Sequence record: PZ445530.1
Length of the DNA stretch: 64,000 bases
Origin: a phage
Direction: 5' to 3' (one strand)
In this document: positions 49,106 through 56,880 of the stretch, piece after piece
How positions within the stretch are numbered: the first letter of the stretch is position 1
Layout: each line of letters opens with the position of its first letter
Notes under the pieces: model-generated
Told to the model about the DNA's origin: nothing
Database searches by the model: none
What the model saw: only the letters and a program-made list of their open reading frames with translations
Position numbers and translations under genes: made by a program

Positions 49106-49510
49106 ATGAATAAGAACGTACGCCGCATCATGAACGAACTGGCAAACGATGAAAAAATTATTGACATGCATTTATTCAACATTTGCCGCCGTTGTGTAAC
49201 ATATAACAACCGCGCCGCAAAAGCGCGTGAGATGAACGCAAAAGGCACCTTAAAGCCATTCCAGGTGGTGGTAAAGGCCATTAAAGATGTAACTAATACG
49301 GCAAACCAGGTACAGGGGAACACCAACGAGAGTACCAATATTGATCCGGCTTACATCATGAAACGGATCCGGACCTGCAAGAACAAAGAGCAAGTGTATA
49401 ATATCATAGACTGGTTGGATTCTATGGGCGATGTGGTTTACAATAGGTTTTCTGCAGCTATCGAGATCCAGCTTGACAGGTTGGACGGTAAAGTACTGAA
49501 AACTTACTAA
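49106..49510 (+). CDS. hypothetical protein (134 aa)
   Basis: ATG downstream of cassette. Confidence 0.5.
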   Translation: MNKNVRRIMNELANDEKIIDMHLFNICRRCVTYNNRAAKAREMNAKGTLKPFQVVVKAIKDVTNTANQVQGNTNESTNIDPAYIMKRIRTCKNKEQVYNIIDWLDSMGDVVYNRFSAAIEIQLDRLDGKVLKTY

Positions 49511-49512
49511 GT

Positions 49513-49558
49513 TTATTTTTAGATGGCCTTGACTTCAGGGCCATCAATAAAGTAAACT
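49513..49558 (+). promoter_or_regulatory. palindrome-embedded promoter element, copy 1
   Basis: TTATTTTTA-GATGGCC-TTGACT-TCAG-GGCCATC-...-TAAACT: -35 inside loop of 7-bp inverted repeat, 18-bp spacer to -10. Confidence 0.5.
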
Positions 49559-49591
49559 AATCTCAACTAAGCGAAAAAAGGGGGCTTTAAG

Positions 49592-49711
49592 ATGAGCACT
49601 ACACGCCAATACACAAAGGTAACTATTATCGTTTGCGTTGTCGGTTACATCCTGGCGCAAATGTTAATGAGTAGCGCTAACAGTTTTGCAAAATTTTTCT
49701 TAAATTTTTAA
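49592..49711 (+). CDS. small hydrophobic protein (39 aa)
   Basis: ATG after aaagggggc; hydrophobic core VTIIVCVVGYILAQML; below track cutoff. Confidence 0.35.
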   Translation: MSTTRQYTKVTIIVCVVGYILAQMLMSSANSFAKFFLNF

Positions 49712-49712
49712 T

Positions 49713-49739
49713 TGACAAACTAACTTAGATCGATATACT
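49713..49739 (+). promoter_or_regulatory. early-type sigma70-like promoter (cassette 4) followed by 5' hairpin
   Basis: TTGACA - 15/16 bp - TATACT; hairpin GGGAA-AAC-TTCCC; CACACAAAAGGAGAAAA leader. Confidence 0.5.
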
Positions 49740-49790
49740 TAAACACGTAAACGGGAAAACTTCCCAGAGCACACAAAAGGAGAAAACACC

Positions 49791-50132
49791 ATGACTACTA
49801 TGACCGCCGCAGAAAAAGCTATGCAGATCGCCGCGCTGAAAAAACAGATCGCAGACCTTGAGAACAAGATCGACAACTTTGAAATCGACGAGGACAAGTA
49901 CGACGAAAACTATGATGAATGGTTAGACGAGATCTACGGCGAAATTATGATCGGAAACATTTCTTTTCTTCCGTCGCGTATCCTCAAGGAGCTAGATCCT
50001 ATCGCTTACCGCTGCGGATTTAGCGACTACATCGACAGCCTGGATATTGAGGAAGATGAAGAATACCAGGAACTACAGACAGAGTTAGAAGAAGCAAAAG
50101 AAGAGCTTGCGGAGCTGGAAGAAAACGAGTAA
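49791..50132 (+). CDS. acidic coiled-coil-like protein (113 aa)
   Basis: ATG downstream of cassette; Glu/Asp-rich. Confidence 0.5.
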   Translation: MTTMTAAEKAMQIAALKKQIADLENKIDNFEIDEDKYDENYDEWLDEIYGEIMIGNISFLPSRILKELDPIAYRCGFSDYIDSLDIEEDEEYQELQTELEEAKEELAELEENE

Positions 50133-50133
50133 G

Positions 50134-50179
50134 ATTATTTTTAGATGGCCTTGACTCCAGGGCCATCAATAAAGTAAAC
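50134..50179 (+). promoter_or_regulatory. palindrome-embedded promoter element, copy 2
   Basis: Same 46-bp element as 49513 with one loop substitution. Confidence 0.5.
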
Positions 50180-50221
50180 TTTATACTGTTAACACTGAAC
50201 TAATTCAGAGGAGTTAAAACC

Positions 50222-50467
50222 ATGGCAGCACTAATCACCAAATATTATGCCCCTACCAACACCAAAAGCGCCCGTATCATGGTAAAAGGCTTCGGACGTA
50301 AAAAGGTTTACACCTGGGATTATGCCTTAGACATGGAAGACAACTACACCAACGCGATGACCGATTTTATTAATGATCTGAACACGCGGATCTTGACAAA
50401 TTATAAAATTACCGATATTGCCTATATAGGGGAAGGCGGGATCTGTTTTGTCGGTATCGTCAAATAA
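50222..50467 (+). CDS. hypothetical protein (81 aa)
   Basis: RBS gaggagtt before ATG. Confidence 0.5.
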   Translation: MAALITKYYAPTNTKSARIMVKGFGRKKVYTWDYALDMEDNYTNAMTDFINDLNTRILTNYKITDIAYIGEGGICFVGIVK

Positions 50468-50542
50468 GCTGTTTTTTCGGTGGTCCTGGTAGCAGGGCCA
50501 TCTATAAAGATAGTTTATCAACACAATGAAAGGAGAAAGTAC

Positions 50543-50890
50543 ATGATCAGCGGGGCAAGTTTTATTATTGGCGCTATTGCTACGGCTTTAATTGTAAACA
50601 AGATCCAATCTAAAAACGAAAAAGAGAGCAACGCGCTCACAGAATACCCATTTTGGGTATTCAACGACAATGAAGACTACATTATCAAGTACAAGAATGA
50701 GAAGGGCGACCAGGTAACACCGCGACCGATCCCGGCCTACAAGATGCAAGAAACACTATACCGCCTAAAGGCTGGAGGCGCAAAAATCGTAGACTTTTGG
50801 GGATATGATTGCAAGGATCAGGAGGTTATAAAACGGCGTATCCGGGCTATTCAGGCCAATATTGAAGTTAGCAAGGGGGGGAATATATGA
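50543..50890 (+). CDS. membrane-anchored hypothetical protein (115 aa)
   Basis: ATG after aaaggagaaag; N-terminal hydrophobic segment; preceded by degenerate copy of palindromic element (about 50477-50510). Confidence 0.45.
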   Translation: MISGASFIIGAIATALIVNKIQSKNEKESNALTEYPFWVFNDNEDYIIKYKNEKGDQVTPRPIPAYKMQETLYRLKAGGAKIVDFWGYDCKDQEVIKRRIRAIQANIEVSKGGNI

Positions 50891-51084
50891 AGATTAATTT
50901 TGAGAAGATTGTAAAGCGATCTCATGATTCCGAAGAGCTGCCGGAACGACGCCAACGTAACAATAAACTGAATAAGCCAAAAAGATTTGGAAAGATCTGG
51001 CGAAATCATTATGATCGTAAATTGCCTGGCCTACTTTTGGAACGTGAACGACAGGCAGAACGATACCGCCATAAAGACAAATAA
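50887..51084 (+). CDS. small basic protein (65 aa)
   Basis: ATGA overlap; Arg/Lys-rich. Confidence 0.45.
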   Translation: MKINFEKIVKRSHDSEELPERRQRNNKLNKPKRFGKIWRNHYDRKLPGLLLERERQAERYRHKDK

Positions 51085-51094
51085 CAACCAACGC

Positions 51095-51120
51095 CCCCGC
51101 CATTGTGCGGGGCTTTTTAT
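51095..51120 (+). terminator. intrinsic terminator
   Basis: CCCCGC-CATTGT-GCGGGG hairpin followed by CTTTTTAT. Confidence 0.55.
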
Positions 51121-51242
51121 TTCTATCCTACGAATAGCGCCCCTGGTTGGCCCTGTAAGCGCCAAAAAGGCCCCACCTATGCAATCGCCCCCTTTAACCT
51201 GAAAACATCGCCCAGGGCCGTTTCATGGCGTTAAAAATATCA

Positions 51243-51270
51243 TTGACATCGTCAACAGGTTAGCTATACT
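51243..51270 (+). promoter_or_regulatory. early-type sigma70-like promoter (cassette 5)
   Basis: TTGACA - 16 bp - TATACT; SD gaaaggag. Confidence 0.55.
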
Positions 51271-51302
51271 AACCACATCAAAGAGAGAAAGGAGTAAACG
51301 CC

Positions 51303-51563
51303 ATGCGTAAATTAAAAAATTTTGATAAAGTTGATGTTGTCCTGAATAATTTTTACTACTGCAACAACAAGGCCATTTGGTGGCGTGATAGTTCCACCGA
51401 TAAAGTCAAGGCGCGCTTTCTCCAGGGGCACTGGCAAGGCCGCCCAGTGATTAAAATCATGGGGCAATTGGTAGCGTTTAAAAATTGCCGCCGTGTTGAT
51501 GACGTTGAGGAGATTTTAAACATTTTGCGCCACAATAATTTAAAAAATAGTGTTGACAAGTAA
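51303..51563 (+). CDS. hypothetical protein (86 aa)
   Basis: ATG downstream of cassette. Confidence 0.5.
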   Translation: MRKLKNFDKVDVVLNNFYYCNNKAIWWRDSSTDKVKARFLQGHWQGRPVIKIMGQLVAFKNCRRVDDVEEILNILRHNNLKNSVDK

Positions 51564-51580
51564 ATCTCAATAAGTATAAT
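51553..51580 (+). promoter_or_regulatory. early-type sigma70-like promoter (cassette 6) followed by 5' hairpin
   Basis: TTGACA - 16 bp - TATAAT; hairpin GGCGG-GAAAACTTA-CCGCC at 51591-51609; SD caggagaaaa before ATG 51638. Confidence 0.55.
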
Positions 51581-51637
51581 TAAACACACAGGCGGGAAAA
51601 CTTACCGCCACTAACAAAGAAAACAGGAGAAAATATC

Positions 51638-52262
51638 ATGACCACCGTTAACATTACCACAGGTTACAATTTATCTTTCGACGTGCTGACCGATGAACAA
51701 AAAAGAAAAAGCTATTGAAATGGTCCGCGAAAGAGAAGAACACAGCGGGGATAACTTTTTTGCAGAAAGTGTAATTGAAGACTACAAAGAACATATCTTT
51801 CCAGAGTATGGCCTTGAAGATACCAAGGTACATTGGTCCGGCTTTTGGTGCCAGGGCGACGGCGCGTCAATCAGTGCGGAAAACGTGGATTTAGAAAAAT
51901 TCTTGCGTAAAGTCAAGTCTCTGACTAAATTCCGCTCAATTCGTCACTTGTTCGGCACAATGCACGATGGCGAGCTATCCGCAAGTGTTGAGCGTGATCC
52001 ATATAGCCGCTATAGTCACGAAAACACTGTAAGCGGGTACATCGATACTACATGGCTAGACCTGACAGCCAAGCAAGAAAGTAAGGTTGAAGAGCTGGAA
52101 GAGTTGATCACCGAGAACGTACGGGAACTATCCCGCAAGGTTTACGTAGACCTGGAGCAAGCTTATCTTGAACAATTTACTACCGAAAACCTGATCGGCC
52201 TTATCGAGGCCAATGATTGGCGGTTTGATGTGGATGAATATGGAGAGATGAGTTTTTCATAA
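51638..52262 (+). CDS. hypothetical protein; frame interrupted after 26 codons at an A-rich tract (about 51699-51712), continuing in another frame as track ORF 51693-52262
   Basis: Cassette-positioned ATG at 51638 hits a stop after 26 codons; the long ORF resumes in a different frame within GAACAAAAAAGAAAAAGC and its own ATG lacks an SD. Confidence 0.4.
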
Positions 52263-52270
52263 ATAAAGTG

Positions 52271-52299
52271 TTGCAATAATCTAAAAACCTGCTATATTA
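52271..52299 (+). promoter_or_regulatory. early-type sigma70-like promoter (cassette 7) followed by 5' hairpin
   Basis: TTGCAA - 17 bp - TATATT; hairpin GGGGCAA-GACGT-TTGCCCC at 52307-52325; CACACAAAACAAAGAGGAAAA leader. Confidence 0.55.
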
Positions 52300-52352
52300 A
52301 AACTCAAGGGGCAAGACGTTTGCCCCCCACACAAAACAAAGAGGAAAACATC

Positions 52353-52733
52353 ATGAAAAACACTACTAAAGCTATTGACACCGTCATGTTTAACCTGGTT
52401 ACCTTTCGCGAGGATATGAAAGATCTTCCACGTGAAACAGTGTGCGATCACATTGAAAACTATCGCAAACTAATCAAAGAGTTGCCTTTAAAACGTGATC
52501 AGTATGCGGCTAACGCCATGCTTAATGCCATGATCAAAAAGATGATCCAGTGTGATTTAACTCTGGCCTATGACTATGCGGGTGGTCGTTTTGCAGTATA
52601 CAATCAGCCCGTGCCCGGTATGGGCACCACCGAAGAATTGCACGCGTTAAATCTGAAGCAAGATGTATGGGATAACATGCCCCGCGTGGTGGTGTGGGCA
52701 GAAAGCGGAAAGATTTACGGCGATAATTTTTAA
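52353..52733 (+). CDS. hypothetical protein (126 aa)
   Basis: ATG at cassette position. Confidence 0.5.
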   Translation: MKNTTKAIDTVMFNLVTFREDMKDLPRETVCDHIENYRKLIKELPLKRDQYAANAMLNAMIKKMIQCDLTLAYDYAGGRFAVYNQPVPGMGTTEELHALNLKQDVWDNMPRVVVWAESGKIYGDNF

Positions 52734-52736
52734 TCA

Positions 52737-52768
52737 GGTAACAGGCGGCATATTTGCCGCCTTATTGT
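52737..52768 (+). terminator. putative intrinsic terminator
   Basis: AGGCGGCA-TATTT-GCCGCCT hairpin followed by TATTGTT. Confidence 0.4.
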
Positions 52769-52797
52769 TAAACAGAGCTGCAAAAGAGGTACATAGA

Positions 52798-53169
52798 ATG
52801 GAATTTATTATTTTGGCTGTAGTAGTTGCCTTGTTCAACGCCTGGATAGCTGGCAAAATAGGTAGATCCGCTTTTCTATGGTTTGTTATATCTATTTTCC
52901 TGGGAGTGGTTGCAACCATTGTACTAGTTATCCTTGCAATTGTTGACAAGGATAATAATAAGAAGGGTAAAGTATTTTCCGACCTGTATGACGCCCAAAC
53001 TTTTGTTAACGCCTATTATAGTGATCTTCCGGTCTCCTTGCGCTGCAGCCTGGCGCAACAAGTTTTTGATGAGGCTAAAACCAGAGATCAAGCCCATGAG
53101 ATATGTTTAACTGAGGCGGATCGCCTATTTGAGAGGAATAGAAAATATGTGGGCCAGCCGTTTAAATAA
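52798..53169 (+). CDS. membrane protein (123 aa)
   Basis: ATG after aaagaggt; two hydrophobic segments near N-terminus. Confidence 0.45.
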   Translation: MEFIILAVVVALFNAWIAGKIGRSAFLWFVISIFLGVVATIVLVILAIVDKDNNKKGKVFSDLYDAQTFVNAYYSDLPVSLRCSLAQQVFDEAKTRDQAHEICLTEADRLFERNRKYVGQPFK

Positions 53170-53392
53170 TACCACGTTAATTAATCCCTTTAGTGAAGAT
53201 TTGAAGCCAGCCGCCTGGCGTGATGGATTCAATAACGAACGCTTTATTTTCAAGCCTGATCTTGAGGAATTTTATAACAATGGATCGAACAACAGCGGAG
53301 ATAATTTTTCTTGGGATGTGCGTGGTGATGGTACTCCTGGGGGCCATTGTAAACCACGTCACTACTACCAGGAGGAAAGGGGGAGACGATGA
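53147..53392 (+). CDS. hypothetical protein (81 aa)
   Basis: ATG after gagaggaatag. Confidence 0.4.
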   Translation: MWASRLNNTTLINPFSEDLKPAAWRDGFNNERFIFKPDLEEFYNNGSNNSGDNFSWDVRGDGTPGGHCKPRHYYQEERGRR

Positions 53393-53508
53393 CAACCAAG
53401 GATAAGCCCCGTACCGATAAGGCGCGCCGGGTTATGGTATGGCTTGAGATCATCGCCCTTGAAATATTGCTAGGCGTAGGGATGTACTTTATCGCTGTAA
53501 GTAACTAA
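53389..53508 (+). CDS. small membrane protein (39 aa)
   Basis: Strong RBS caggaggaaaggggg; hydrophobic C-terminal half; ATGA overlap. Confidence 0.45.
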   Translation: MTTKDKPRTDKARRVMVWLEIIALEILLGVGMYFIAVSN

Positions 53509-53512
53509 GAAC

Positions 53513-53540
53513 GGCCCCCGATCATGGGGGCCTATCTTTT
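53513..53540 (+). terminator. intrinsic terminator
   Basis: GGCCCCC-GATCAT-GGGGGCC hairpin followed by TATCTTTTT. Confidence 0.6.
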
Positions 53541-53563
53541 TAAAAAATTTCCCTTTCAGGGTG

Positions 53564-53591
53564 TTGCAATCCGGTCCGCAATATGGATAAT
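53564..53591 (+). promoter_or_regulatory. early-type sigma70-like promoter (cassette 8) followed by 5' hairpin
   Basis: TTGCAA - 16 bp - GATAAT; hairpin CGGGGA-AACA-TCCCCG at 53601-53616; CACACAAACAAAAG leader. Confidence 0.5.
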
Positions 53592-53650
53592 AACAATCAA
53601 CGGGGAAACATCCCCGCCACACAAACAAAAGCCCGAAGAGGAGAAAGAAG

Positions 53651-53850
53651 ATGAGCAACAATATCCGCGTTATTAACTTCAAAAAGAAGAAAAAATTGCC
53701 GTGCTGATTGACGGTCAAGAAATCTTCAAGGGCGACTATGAAGATCATCAAACGGCGATTAGTATCACTCGCGTGATTGGTTATCATAATTTCTACCCCC
53801 AAGGCGCTGAGGCAGCAGTTAAACGAATCAAAGAGATTGTAGGCCTGTAA
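53651..53850 (+). CDS. small hypothetical protein; frame interrupted at an A-rich tract (about 53683-53696)
   Basis: Cassette ATG at 53651 hits a stop after 17 codons; a 51-codon ORF continues in another frame through stop at 53848-53850; one extra A in the run would fuse them. Confidence 0.35.
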
Positions 53851-53852
53851 AA

Positions 53853-53899
53853 TTTATTTTTAGATGGCCTTGACTTCAGGGCCATCGATAAAGTAAATT
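53853..53899 (+). promoter_or_regulatory. palindrome-embedded promoter element, copy 3
   Basis: TTATTTTTA-GATGGCC-TTGACT-TCAG-GGCCATC-...-TAAATT. Confidence 0.5.
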
Positions 53900-53943
53900 T
53901 AAACCCTGTTAAAATACCACGCAGTTAACAAGGAGTGATAGAC

Positions 53944-54243
53944 ATGTTTATCCAGGCTAATAATCTTTATTTCTTTGATGGTCAGATCGTAGATGGTGTG
54001 GAAGTGGAGATCACCGGGTGCCCTGGTGGTCAGGCTATGACTTTCCGGAATAATGCCTTTGATGATTCTCATATCGTTATGAGAATGGAAGTTACGAAGC
54101 TGGACGACAAGAAAACACTTATTGACTATTCTGTGAAAGATCATCCAGACTACCACATGATCTATGGTGATTTGTGCATTGTTGACCGTGACAAGGTGGG
54201 CGGCATTGTGATCGCTATTGTGAACGATGTTTTCTCAAACTAA
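53944..54243 (+). CDS. hypothetical protein (99 aa)
   Basis: ATG after caaggagtga. Confidence 0.5.
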   Translation: MFIQANNLYFFDGQIVDGVEVEITGCPGGQAMTFRNNAFDDSHIVMRMEVTKLDDKKTLIDYSVKDHPDYHMIYGDLCIVDRDKVGGIVIAIVNDVFSN

Positions 54244-54260
54244 TTTCAGCAGGTGATTTT

Positions 54261-54611
54261 ATGAAAGTAAAACTATATTACCTTAATGAGCTTAACCCCC
54301 TTGCCCAGGTCCGCGCCCTGGCTAATACCTTGATTTGTGAGAAATCTGTATATTGTGTTGAGCTTAACGCCATGCGTGAACGTCTCAAAGGTGGTTACTT
54401 TGACATCCATGCTGCAATCAACGGCCTGAATATGGAATTTATCCGCTTACGTAACAACAGCCGGAATCTGGCAAGAATGGAACAAGATCCGGCCCACCTT
54501 CGTAAGCTGGTTATTGAAAATCATCTGATGTTCAATGCCGAGGGTGATTATTACCATTTTCACCGCAAACGTTGGTACCGTGGCGGCAATACAAGCAAGA
54601 ATGCAAAATAA
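54261..54611 (+). CDS. hypothetical protein (116 aa)
   Basis: ORF in track. Confidence 0.5.
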   Translation: MKVKLYYLNELNPLAQVRALANTLICEKSVYCVELNAMRERLKGGYFDIHAAINGLNMEFIRLRNNSRNLARMEQDPAHLRKLVIENHLMFNAEGDYYHFHRKRWYRGGNTSKNAK

Positions 54612-54645
54612 GGCCCCTAGCAGGGCCTGCAGCGATATAATCACA

Positions 54646-54680
54646 TAAAGGCTATGCGGTTGCATGGCCTTTATTATTTT
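54646..54680 (+). terminator. putative intrinsic terminator
   Basis: AAAGGCTATGC-GGTT-GCATGGCCTTT imperfect hairpin followed by ATTATTTT. Confidence 0.45.
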
Positions 54681-54729
54681 AGCGTTACAGCGACCCCTAA
54701 GGCGCTTAAAAAATTTTTTAAAGAAGTAC

Positions 54730-54757
54730 TTGCATCAAGCCCTACAGTATGGATAAT
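54730..54757 (+). promoter_or_regulatory. early-type sigma70-like promoter (cassette 9) followed by 5' hairpin
   Basis: TTGCAT - 16 bp - GATAAT; G/C hairpin at 54766-54780; SD taggag. Confidence 0.5.
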
Positions 54758-54813
54758 AGGACGTGTCGGGGGGCGGCCCCCAATCATTAACCGGATAGAT
54801 AGGAGTTAAAACC

Positions 54814-55098
54814 ATGGCTATTGTTACCGCTGGCGATGTAGTAGAAATGGAAGCAAAATACTTAAAAGCGGGTATGCATATCCTACGCAACGATCTTGAA
54901 CTGGTCCTGACAATGGTTGACTATAACCCAGGGCAAGATTATCCAAGTGTTGACTACTTTTTTGAGTATGTTGATGAAGAATTAAAAGAGGATGAGGCTT
55001 ATCAGGGCGAATTCTGTAATTTCTTTTGCTCTGATGAGGTTGTAAAAGTTATCTATCAACCTGGCGTACCTTTCCCGCTGCACGCTATCAATAAATAA
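54814..55098 (+). CDS. hypothetical protein (94 aa)
   Basis: ATG downstream of cassette. Confidence 0.5.
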   Translation: MAIVTAGDVVEMEAKYLKAGMHILRNDLELVLTMVDYNPGQDYPSVDYFFEYVDEELKEDEAYQGEFCNFFCSDEVVKVIYQPGVPFPLHAINK

Positions 55099-55154
55099 AC
55101 CTGGCGGGGCCGAAAAGGCCCCCCAATTATGAAAATAAAGAGAGGCAAATCATC

Positions 55155-55388
55155 ATGATGGAACAAATTAAACGCGCCGAGGCTATTAATGGCAACGTGA
55201 TCTATTTTGTCAGCAAAAACGAAAAAGGCGTACCCTATGCGGCTGTAATAGTACAGCCTGACGGCGATTATTGGTGCACTGTGTACGGCGCTTATTCTTT
55301 TGGGCGTCCAGTGCATGATAAAATTTTGAAAGTAGCGAACCCTACCGGGAAAAATATTACAGCAGAAAAATTTTTTGAAAAGTGTTGA
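55155..55388 (+). CDS. hypothetical protein (77 aa)
   Basis: RBS aaagagagg. Confidence 0.5.
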   Translation: MMEQIKRAEAINGNVIYFVSKNEKGVPYAAVIVQPDGDYWCTVYGAYSFGRPVHDKILKVANPTGKNITAEKFFEKC

Positions 55389-55412
55389 CATGACCTTATA
55401 AGACTGTAGAAT
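55385..55412 (+). promoter_or_regulatory. early-type sigma70-like promoter (cassette 10) followed by 5' hairpin
   Basis: TTGACA - 16 bp - TAGAAT; hairpin GGGGGGC-AACAA-GCCCCCC at 55423-55441; CACCAACCACAAAGAGGATAAAAA leader. Confidence 0.55.
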
Positions 55413-55466
55413 ATAAATCAAAGGGGGGCAACAAGCCCCCCACCAACCACAAAGAGGATAAAAATC

Positions 55467-55646
55467 ATGGCTATTATTGCAAAGACTGAGATCGTAGGCT
55501 TAGATTCTATTCTCCTCGCATATGAGGAAGCTATAGAAATGTATGTGGTTTCCTATGGTGAGTATATTCGTGAATATAAATCTATTGATCTGGCTTTTGA
55601 ATGTTATATTCGCCAGGTAAATAAAGCATATGATGATTATCGTTAA
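55467..55646 (+). CDS. small hypothetical protein (59 aa)
   Basis: ATG at cassette position; one codon below track cutoff. Confidence 0.45.
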   Translation: MAIIAKTEIVGLDSILLAYEEAIEMYVVSYGEYIREYKSIDLAFECYIRQVNKAYDDYR

Positions 55647-55652
55647 AATAGT

Positions 55653-55680
55653 TTGACAACAATTACAAATCGGGTAGAAT
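55653..55680 (+). promoter_or_regulatory. early-type sigma70-like promoter (cassette 11) followed by 5' hairpin
   Basis: TTGACA - 16 bp - TAGAAT; GTATTTCGTAG then hairpin GCGGCA-ATGA-TGCCGC. Confidence 0.55.
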
Positions 55681-55731
55681 GTATTTCGTAGGGCGGCAAT
55701 GATGCCGCTCACAACTAAAAGAGAGATCATC

Positions 55732-55926
55732 ATGGCGCTTAAAAAACTAACAAGCAATACTCGTTGGGATGAAATCGACGGGGAAGTTTACATTTTTGCC
55801 CGTAAACCAGGGGATCAAAAATGGTCAAAGGCTTTTACTTGCCATCCTGCAACAATAGATCTGATAAAAAGTCAAGGACTACGTGAAGCAGTAGCAAGAA
55901 GTTTACTGATCCCTTGTAAAAATTAG
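55732..55926 (+). CDS. small hypothetical protein (64 aa)
   Basis: ATG after aaaagagag; track start 55699 lies inside the leader hairpin. Confidence 0.45.
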   Translation: MALKKLTSNTRWDEIDGEVYIFARKPGDQKWSKAFTCHPATIDLIKSQGLREAVARSLLIPCKN

Positions 55927-55927
55927 T

Positions 55928-55955
55928 TTGACAACAGTCAACAATCTGGTAAAGT
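55928..55955 (+). promoter_or_regulatory. early-type sigma70-like promoter (cassette 12) followed by 5' hairpin
   Basis: TTGACA - 16 bp - TAAAGT; hairpin GCGGGA-ATACT-TCCCGC; leader CCATTAATGAGGGTA shared with cassette 13. Confidence 0.55.
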
Positions 55956-56003
55956 GTACTACATAGCGCGGGAATACTTCCCGCCATTAATGAGGGTAAT
56001 TTA

Positions 56004-56141
56004 ATGAAAACTTTCAACGCAACAGCCTCGACAATTGGTTATATTATTACAGTACAAGCCGTGGATCTGGTAGCAGCAGCAAACAAGATTAAAAAGATGA
56101 TTCCGCCAGGTAGTGAATTTTCCGTTTGGGAAGTAAAATAA
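56004..56141 (+). CDS. small hypothetical protein (45 aa)
   Basis: ATG after tgagggtaattta; below track cutoff. Confidence 0.4.
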   Translation: MKTFNATASTIGYIITVQAVDLVAAANKIKKMIPPGSEFSVWEVK

Positions 56142-56144
56142 ATC

Positions 56145-56172
56145 TTGACAATAATTTATTACTTGATAGACT
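56145..56172 (+). promoter_or_regulatory. early-type sigma70-like promoter (cassette 13)
   Basis: TTGACA - 16 bp - TAGACT; GTATTTCGTAG...CCATTAATGAGGGTA leader duplicated from cassettes 11/12. Confidence 0.55.
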
Positions 56173-56224
56173 GTATTTCGTAGTGCGGGGAAATAAGGCA
56201 ACGCCCATTAATGAGGGTAGAATC

Positions 56225-56329
56225 ATGTTAGAGAAAATTTTCACGGTTGTAGTAGTTGGCCTGGCATTATCGGTTGGATGGGTTGCAACTATGGCTAACA
56301 TGATCCTATCTTCCCACGGTATCGGTTAA
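56225..56329 (+). CDS. small hydrophobic peptide (34 aa)
   Basis: ATG at cassette position; hydrophobic FTVVVVGLALSVGWVATMANMIL. Confidence 0.4.
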   Translation: MLEKIFTVVVVGLALSVGWVATMANMILSSHGIG

Positions 56330-56330
56330 G

Positions 56331-56555
56331 GTGAATCAAATGATCACGAATAAAACAGGTAAAACGGAATTCTTGCGCGGCTTGCAGGTCGGCAAGCCTG
56401 AGATCTGGCATTGCACTAAAACACCACGTGACGAAATGAAAGACTTCACCGCCACGCTGCAACGGGTAAAGATATCCATTACGCAGAAAAAAGCCTTGAT
56501 AGTGGTGGAAGGTGAGATCCCTCAAGCCGTTGTTATAGTTGAGCGTACAGCATAG
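56331..56555 (+). CDS. hypothetical protein (74 aa)
   Basis: RBS aaggtga. Confidence 0.45.
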   Translation: MNQMITNKTGKTEFLRGLQVGKPEIWHCTKTPRDEMKDFTATLQRVKISITQKKALIVVEGEIPQAVVIVERTA

Positions 56556-56646
56556 TTTAATTTATACCGATACCCGAAAATTAACCAACAAAGCATAAAC
56601 AGGCGGTTGCCGCCGCCTTAAACGTAGCAGAAAGAGGATAGATACA

Positions 56647-56880
56647 ATGAAAAAGATGATCGCAGTAGTTGCCCTGGTTCTGGAAGAAGAAATTAAAGCC
56701 ATGCACCATAGCAACAGATTTATTGGTGACGCGCAGGATAATATGAAAGTATGCCGCCATAAAGTTAATGAAGTGCTTAAAGAGTACGGCTATAAAGATC
56801 TTATGATCAAACGTGAGGAAAAATTCCGCTACCGTAACGACCTGGCAAATCGGATTTTTGAAATATACGAATCATTATAA
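56647..56880 (+). CDS. hypothetical protein (77 aa)
   Basis: RBS agaaagaggat. Confidence 0.5.
   Translation: MKKMIAVVALVLEEEIKAMHHSNRFIGDAQDNMKVCRHKVNEVLKEYGYKDLMIKREEKFRYRNDLANRIFEIYESL

Noticed and set aside
49513-49558. Palindromic GATGGCC...GGCCATC elements as intrinsic terminators
   Set aside because: The hairpin is followed by AATAAAG, and on the other strand by TAAAAATAA, not a U-run; the loop holds a -35 hexamer with a -10 at proper spacing, so promoter/operator fits better.
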